This document shows, in pieces, positions 59,207-64,000 of a DNA stretch of 64,000 nucleotides; position 1 is the stretch's first letter, and every line of letters starts with the position of its first letter. The stretch spans positions 97-64,096 of the forward strand of contig CAYHXV010000002.1 in the NCBI GenBank assembly GCA_964360855.1, in the 5' to 3' direction. The DNA is from an uncultured Candidatus Saccharibacteria bacterium (GTDB lineage Bacteria > Patescibacteriota > Minisyncoccia > Phycocordibacterales > Phycocordibacteraceae). The translations under genes were made by a program, and so were the position numbers. Below the pieces are notes generated by a model, which was not told the origin of the DNA, did no database searches, and saw nothing but the letters and a program-made list of their open reading frames with translations.

Positions 59207-59680
59207 CTAACGCTTCTCAACCAAAAGCACAAACCGGTAGTCCGTTGAATTCAAAGTTGCAGTACTTACCCGCACCGGCTCAACACTCACCAGTGTCACC
59301 TTCATTGATTCGGTCGTACTAGTCTCTCCAAGTTTTAACTCGAGAGTACTCGTACCCTGTATAGAGCTACTCACCCGTACCGTCCCTGCTTGTATACACT
59401 GCACGTCTTTGGGGCATCGACTGTCCTCAAGAATCTTGTCGAGGACAATGTAAAACTCTCCCGCTTGTCCGCGTTCGCCAAGGGAAAGGGTGAGCGTAGT
59501 GGAAGTCTCAACAACGGGTGGCACCACAACTTGTTCTGCCGGAACTGGCGCAAGCGCCGTGCGAGGATGCTGCAACGCATACCCCACCATTCCCCCAAGA
59601 AGCACCACTACCGCTCCAACTATCCAGAGATACATAAAGGTATGATGCGGTTTCTCGTGGTGGTTCAACATAACGTCCAT
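59207..59680 (-). CDS. Membrane-anchored hypothetical protein
   Basis: TM helix plus EDSRCPKDVQCIQAG motif. Confidence 0.8.
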   Translation of the reverse strand: MDVMLNHHEKPHHTFMYLWIVGAVVVLLGGMVGYALQHPRTALAPVPAEQVVVPPVVETSTTLTLSLGERGQAGEFYIVLDKILEDSRCPKDVQCIQAGTVRVSSSIQGTSTLELKLGETSTTESMKVTLVSVEPVRVSTATLNSTDYRFVLLVEKR

Positions 59681-59737
59681 AGTACCACCCGCCTTCAATA
59701 CGTTGACATATTTGCTTTTCCAGTATAAAGTGTTGAA

Positions 59738-61270
59738 ATGAAATCGATTATCCAGCGCCTTATGAGCGCCCTGCAATATGTGCGTCGTACAAGCCTAAAG
59801 ACCTGGGTCTGGTTCCGGGGGCAAAAGCTCTGGAAGCAAATTATCATTGGAGCACTTCTTGCCGCTCTAGTAGTTGGTATGGTGCTGTTTTTGACGTCAT
59901 TCACAAAGACAGATGCTGCAGGCGACCAACCGCGCACCGTGACTCTGTCTAGTGCCGGTTCCCTTTCAGGAACTGGGGACGGTGCAAATGTGCTTGGAAC
60001 CGTGCGCTCCGTCACAGAAGCTTCTCTATTAGCTGAAAGTAGCGGCACGGTGCGCAGTGTTCGCACAACTCTTGGCGCGAGTGTTCCCGCAGGATTTATT
60101 ATTGCAGAGCTCGAGAACGCTGCGCAGCGCGCGAGCGTCCTTCAGGCCGAAGGAAGCTATGACGCCGCTATAGCAGCACGAAGTGGTGTGTCTCCAACAG
60201 ACACCAGTGCTTCTGTGCGCAATACCTATCGCGCGGCATTCTCTGCGGTGGATAGTGCACTCTCAAATCAGGTTGATTCGGTGTTTGGAGACCCCACCCC
60301 ACTTGGTCCGCAACTTCTTATTAATGCCGTGAATCCGTCTCCTGACTATTTTTCTCGCGCTCGAGACACACTTAATCAGCGCATGATTCTCTGGCGCGCG
60401 CACCAAGCAACTCTAGGCGCAACTGACCCCGGACAACTTCTGGACGAGGCACAAGGAATTGTGGACAGCACCTCTTCTTTTTTAAATGATCTTACTCGTG
60501 CAGCAAGCGAGACTAACTCGGGTGCTAGTGCAACCCAAGTGGCGAACCTAGCTGCTGCCAGGGCTACGGTGAACGCGCAGCAGGTCGCACTGGCCAGCAG
60601 CAGAGAAGCATACCGAAGCAAGAGTGTGAGTTCCACCGCGTCTGTTGATGCCTCCGTTAAGATTGCGCTTGGTGCGCTTCGTGGGGCTCAGGCACAACTT
60701 GAGAAGACGCTCATACGTGCGCCCATTGGCGGCACCGTTAACTTCTTGCCAATTCGTGTGGGTGACTACGTCACGCAGTATTTGCATGTAGCAACCGTTG
60801 CACAAAACGGTTCACTTGAAATTGTGACCAGCGTGTCTGAAGACGAGCGAACCCAACTCTCGGTAGGAGACAAGGTACACATAGATGCGCTCTATGGTGG
60901 GGTGATCACGAGCATTGCTCCCGCACTTGATCCAAGCACCCGACAAATAGAGGTGCATATTGCAGTCACTGATTCCAAAACAACATTGCTGAACGGTCAG
61001 TCAGTACACATTACGTTGCCAGGAGCAGTTGCCGTTACCGCTAGCCAGGGTCCACTCATGCTGCCCTTGGCTGCGGTAAAGCTGCGCGCCGGAGATCGTC
61101 TCGTATTTAGTGTGAATGAGGAGGGTCGTCTCGTGGGCCACATTGTTACGGTAGGCGAAGTACGCGGCAACCGTATTGAAATACTGAGTGGTCTTACTCC
61201 AGACACCCGCATTGTGACGGACGCACGAGGACTGTCCGAAGGACAGAAGGTGTCGATAGCAAGTATCTAA
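59738..61270 (+). CDS. RND efflux periplasmic adaptor (membrane fusion protein)
   Basis: TM helix, lipoyl halves (SGTV...G..V, IRAPIGG.V), coiled hairpin, EILSGL. Confidence 0.9.
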   Translation: MKSIIQRLMSALQYVRRTSLKTWVWFRGQKLWKQIIIGALLAALVVGMVLFLTSFTKTDAAGDQPRTVTLSSAGSLSGTGDGANVLGTVRSVTEASLLAESSGTVRSVRTTLGASVPAGFIIAELENAAQRASVLQAEGSYDAAIAARSGVSPTDTSASVRNTYRAAFSAVDSALSNQVDSVFGDPTPLGPQLLINAVNPSPDYFSRARDTLNQRMILWRAHQATLGATDPGQLLDEAQGIVDSTSSFLNDLTRAASETNSGASATQVANLAAARATVNAQQVALASSREAYRSKSVSSTASVDASVKIALGALRGAQAQLEKTLIRAPIGGTVNFLPIRVGDYVTQYLHVATVAQNGSLEIVTSVSEDERTQLSVGDKVHIDALYGGVITSIAPALDPSTRQIEVHIAVTDSKTTLLNGQSVHITLPGAVAVTASQGPLMLPLAAVKLRAGDRLVFSVNEEGRLVGHIVTVGEVRGNRIEILSGLTPDTRIVTDARGLSEGQKVSIASI

Positions 61271-61273
61271 CCC

Positions 61274-64000
61274 ATGACGAAATTCTGGAGCTTCTTTCTG
61301 AAGAAACGTACCTTCACCGTGTTTCTCATGGGTGGCCTCTTGGCGGCTGGGTTGTATGCGGTTGCGGTCATACCAAAGGAAGCAACACCGGATATTTCTA
61401 TTCCACTCGGCGTTGTTTCTACCGTGCTTCCGGGAGCATCCGCGTCTGACGTTGAGCGCCTTATCACAGACAAAATAGAGAGTGGGGTACTTGGTGTTGA
61501 GCACGTTTCAAAAGTGACTTCAACTTCCGGGGACGGCATCTCCGTGGTCTCAGTTGAGTTTGATGCGTCAGCAAACATTGATAAGTCGATACAGCTTCTT
61601 AAGGACGCTGTTGATAAGGTGCGTCCAGAATTGCCCACCGAAGCACTAACACCCACTGTGTCCGATGTTAACTTTGCAGACCAACCAATTCTCATCGTAT
61701 CGGTCTCGGGCAACCTCGCTCCACAAGAACTGACCGCCCTCGGCGAGAGTGTGTCGGACGAATTGAAGCGGGTGCCCGGAGTGTCGAAGGTTTCGGTATC
61801 AGGGGTGCGTGATCGCCAGGTACAGGTGGTGGTACGCCAAGCGGCGCTTCGCCAGTATGGGCTCTCACTTTCAGATGTTACTGGCGCACTCCGCTCCGCA
61901 GGCATTGCGTCTCCTGCTGGCTCTATCACCGTGGACGGCGTGAATTACGGCGTGCGTTTTGAATCTGGAATACTTTCCCCTGAAGCAGTTGGGGCGGTTG
62001 CCTTGGCCGGACCCGGCGGGAGCACACTCCACATACGCGATGTTGCTGATGTAGTGGACGCACTCGAAGACCCGCGCACGTATTCAAGAGTGTCTGTAGC
62101 AGGAAGCCCTGCAGAACCATCTCTCACCCTCACTCTGTATAAGAGCCGTGGCGGCAACATTGTGGAGACCGGGCACGCCGTTGAAAAGAAGTTGAAAGAT
62201 CTGGAAAGCAGCTTACTTGCTGGAACACACACGGTTATTTCGTACAACGGTGCGGAAGAAGTAAACGAGAGCCTTACCGAGCTCACCCGTGCCGGTATTG
62301 AAACCGTCATACTGGTGATGCTCGTGCTTCTCTTTACCCTCGGCTGGCGAGAGTCTTTGGTTGCGGCTGCCTCCATTCCCCTTTCTTTCCTGGTTGCCTT
62401 CATTGGTCTTTTAGCTTCTGGCAACACTCTTAATAATGTTTCCCTCTTCTCACTCATCCTCGCCATTGGTATTTTAGTTGACTCCGGGATTGTGGTAGTG
62501 GAAGCATTCCATACTCGACTACTTGAGTACGGAAATAAACAAAAAGCAGCGGTGGCGGCAATACGCGAATACGCGTGGCCGCTTATTGCAGGAACCTTCA
62601 CCACCATTGTGGTATTTGTTCCGCTCTTCTTTCTTTCGGGGATTGTAGGTAAGTTCCTGGCCTCTATTCCCTTCACCATTATCTTTGTGCTCCTTGCCTC
62701 AATCTTTGTGGCACTTGGATTTGTTCCGCTTCTTGCAATGTTCTTTGTTCGCGACACGCACTCAGTAATCCAAGACCGTCAGGAGAAATACAATCAACGA
62801 GCAAAGGTCTGGTACCAAGCATTCCTGCACAAGCTCCTCAACAATGCGCAGGATCAAAAGAAGTTTCTCATCACCATGGGAGTGTTGTTTGTCCTCGCCC
62901 TTATGCTGCCCTCAACAGGATTACTTAAATCAATATTCTTCCCTGGTGCTGATTCAGATTTCGTCTATGTGCAGATTGAGAAGCCTCGAGGAACTGAGCT
63001 TGCTCACACCGATCTCTCGGTCCGTGAAGTAGAGGAAATCCTCTACACAAACAAACAGGTTGCTTCCTTTGTAAGCGAAGCAGGTTCTGGTAGCTCATTT
63101 GCGGGAGGTGCGGGGTCTGGACCTGCAAGCGGCAGCAATGTCGGAAACATTACGGTGAATCTTCAAAAGAATCACCGTCAGACAAGTGCAGAATTTGTGA
63201 CTGCGCTACGCAAGGAGCTTGCTTCTATTACCTCTGCCACCATAACCGTGAGTGAACCATCTGACGGCCCCCCGTCATCCGCTCCGGTCACTATTACATT
63301 TCAAGGAGACGACCTTAATGCACTCACCCTCACCGCAGACAATGCCGCTCACACCCTGTCTGATATTCCGGGCGTGGTGAATGTGAACGCCAGCACCAAA
63401 GACTCGAGCTCTGAGTTTGTCGTTACTTTAGACAGTGCCCGTGCTGCAGAGCTCGGGGTGTCTCCACTCACCGTAGCAGACACGCTGCGCACCGCACTCT
63501 TTAGTGCAAAAGCCACAACGATTCGCACCGGCACCAATGATATTGAGGTGCGTACGAAGCTTGACTTGAATTCAACTTATCGCGACCCTTCAGAGACCAC
63601 ACACACCACCATTGACTCAGTGCGCTCCCTCACTATTCCGGGAAGAAATGGTCCCGTTCCGCTCTCTTCCATAGCAACCATTTCGTATGTTGCTGCTCAA
63701 GCAAACATTGCACACGAAGCCGGGATACGTATTAGTACGGTTACCGCAGATGTGGGTCCCAAGGCAAATGCCATAGATGTAACGAAGGAATTTGAGAAAC
63801 GCTTCACCGACGATCAGATTGGTTCTGGGGTAACGATGAAACTTGGTGGGGCTTCTGAAGATGTGGGGAATTCCTTCCTTGAGCTGTTTGTTGCACTCAT
63901 CGCCGGAGCAGCCCTCATGCTTTCGATTCTTATTCTTGAATTTAACTCGTTCCGTCAGTCGTTTTATTTGCTTGCCATCATTCCGCTCTCCTTGATTGGC
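61274..64000 (+). CDS. AcrB/AcrD/AcrF family RND permease (truncated by the window end)
   Basis: Translated by eye: MTKFWSFFLKKR..., PGAS..DVE..IT, SIPLSF, GILVDSGIVVVE, FVPL. Confidence 0.93.
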   Translation, partial: MTKFWSFFLKKRTFTVFLMGGLLAAGLYAVAVIPKEATPDISIPLGVVSTVLPGASASDVERLITDKIESGVLGVEHVSKVTSTSGDGISVVSVEFDASANIDKSIQLLKDAVDKVRPELPTEALTPTVSDVNFADQPILIVSVSGNLAPQELTALGESVSDELKRVPGVSKVSVSGVRDRQVQVVVRQAALRQYGLSLSDVTGALRSAGIASPAGSITVDGVNYGVRFESGILSPEAVGAVALAGPGGSTLHIRDVADVVDALEDPRTYSRVSVAGSPAEPSLTLTLYKSRGGNIVETGHAVEKKLKDLESSLLAGTHTVISYNGAEEVNESLTELTRAGIETVILVMLVLLFTLGWRESLVAAASIPLSFLVAFIGLLASGNTLNNVSLFSLILAIGILVDSGIVVVEAFHTRLLEYGNKQKAAVAAIREYAWPLIAGTFTTIVVFVPLFFLSGIVGKFLASIPFTIIFVLLASIFVALGFVPLLAMFFVRDTHSVIQDRQEKYNQRAKVWYQAFLHKLLNNAQDQKKFLITMGVLFVLALMLPSTGLLKSIFFPGADSDFVYVQIEKPRGTELAHTDLSVREVEEILYTNKQVASFVSEAGSGSSFAGGAGSGPASGSNVGNITVNLQKNHRQTSAEFVTALRKELASITSATITVSEPSDGPPSSAPVTITFQGDDLNALTLTADNAAHTLSDIPGVVNVNASTKDSSSEFVVTLDSARAAELGVSPLTVADTLRTALFSAKATTIRTGTNDIEVRTKLDLNSTYRDPSETTHTTIDSVRSLTIPGRNGPVPLSSIATISYVAAQANIAHEAGIRISTVTADVGPKANAIDVTKEFEKRFTDDQIGSGVTMKLGGASEDVGNSFLELFVALIAGAALMLSILILEFNSFRQSFYLLAIIPLSLIG

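Noticed and set aside
59738-64000. RND pump without TolC
   Set aside because: Adaptor plus permease without an outer-membrane channel is expected in monoderms, and the locus is cut by the window edge

Overview
A gene-dense, mostly housekeeping region. Gene content, divergent bS21, a degenerate HisRS paralogue and a short ValRS point to a CPR/Patescibacteria (Parcubacteria-like) genome; this is an inference. The standard code is used (TGA is a stop). Core genes include pth, lepB, ybeY-ftsA-ftsZ, trxB, tsaC, tsaD, valS, lepA, murJ, maf, lemA-htpX, groES-groEL, secG, rnj, mutY, nth, a redox cluster (bcp, VKOR, msrB, msrA, dsbA), a DEAD-box helicase, typA, a frameshifted mltG, a PIF1-family helicase and an RND efflux pair. 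The window also holds six tRNAs and RNase P RNA. No CRISPR array, transposase, integrase or reverse transcriptase is visible. The most notable signals are: (1) an apparent remote DGR target gene with an NNY-patterned variable region and downstream hairpins, plus a degenerate paralogue; (2) a GC-rich outer-membrane beta-barrel gene in a lineage thought to lack an outer membrane; (3) two unannotated structured RNA candidates with their own promoter and terminator (about 45.8-46.0 kb and 30.7-30.8 kb); (4) pervasive leaderless architecture of core genes, contrasting with SD-led orphan cassettes and micro-proteins.
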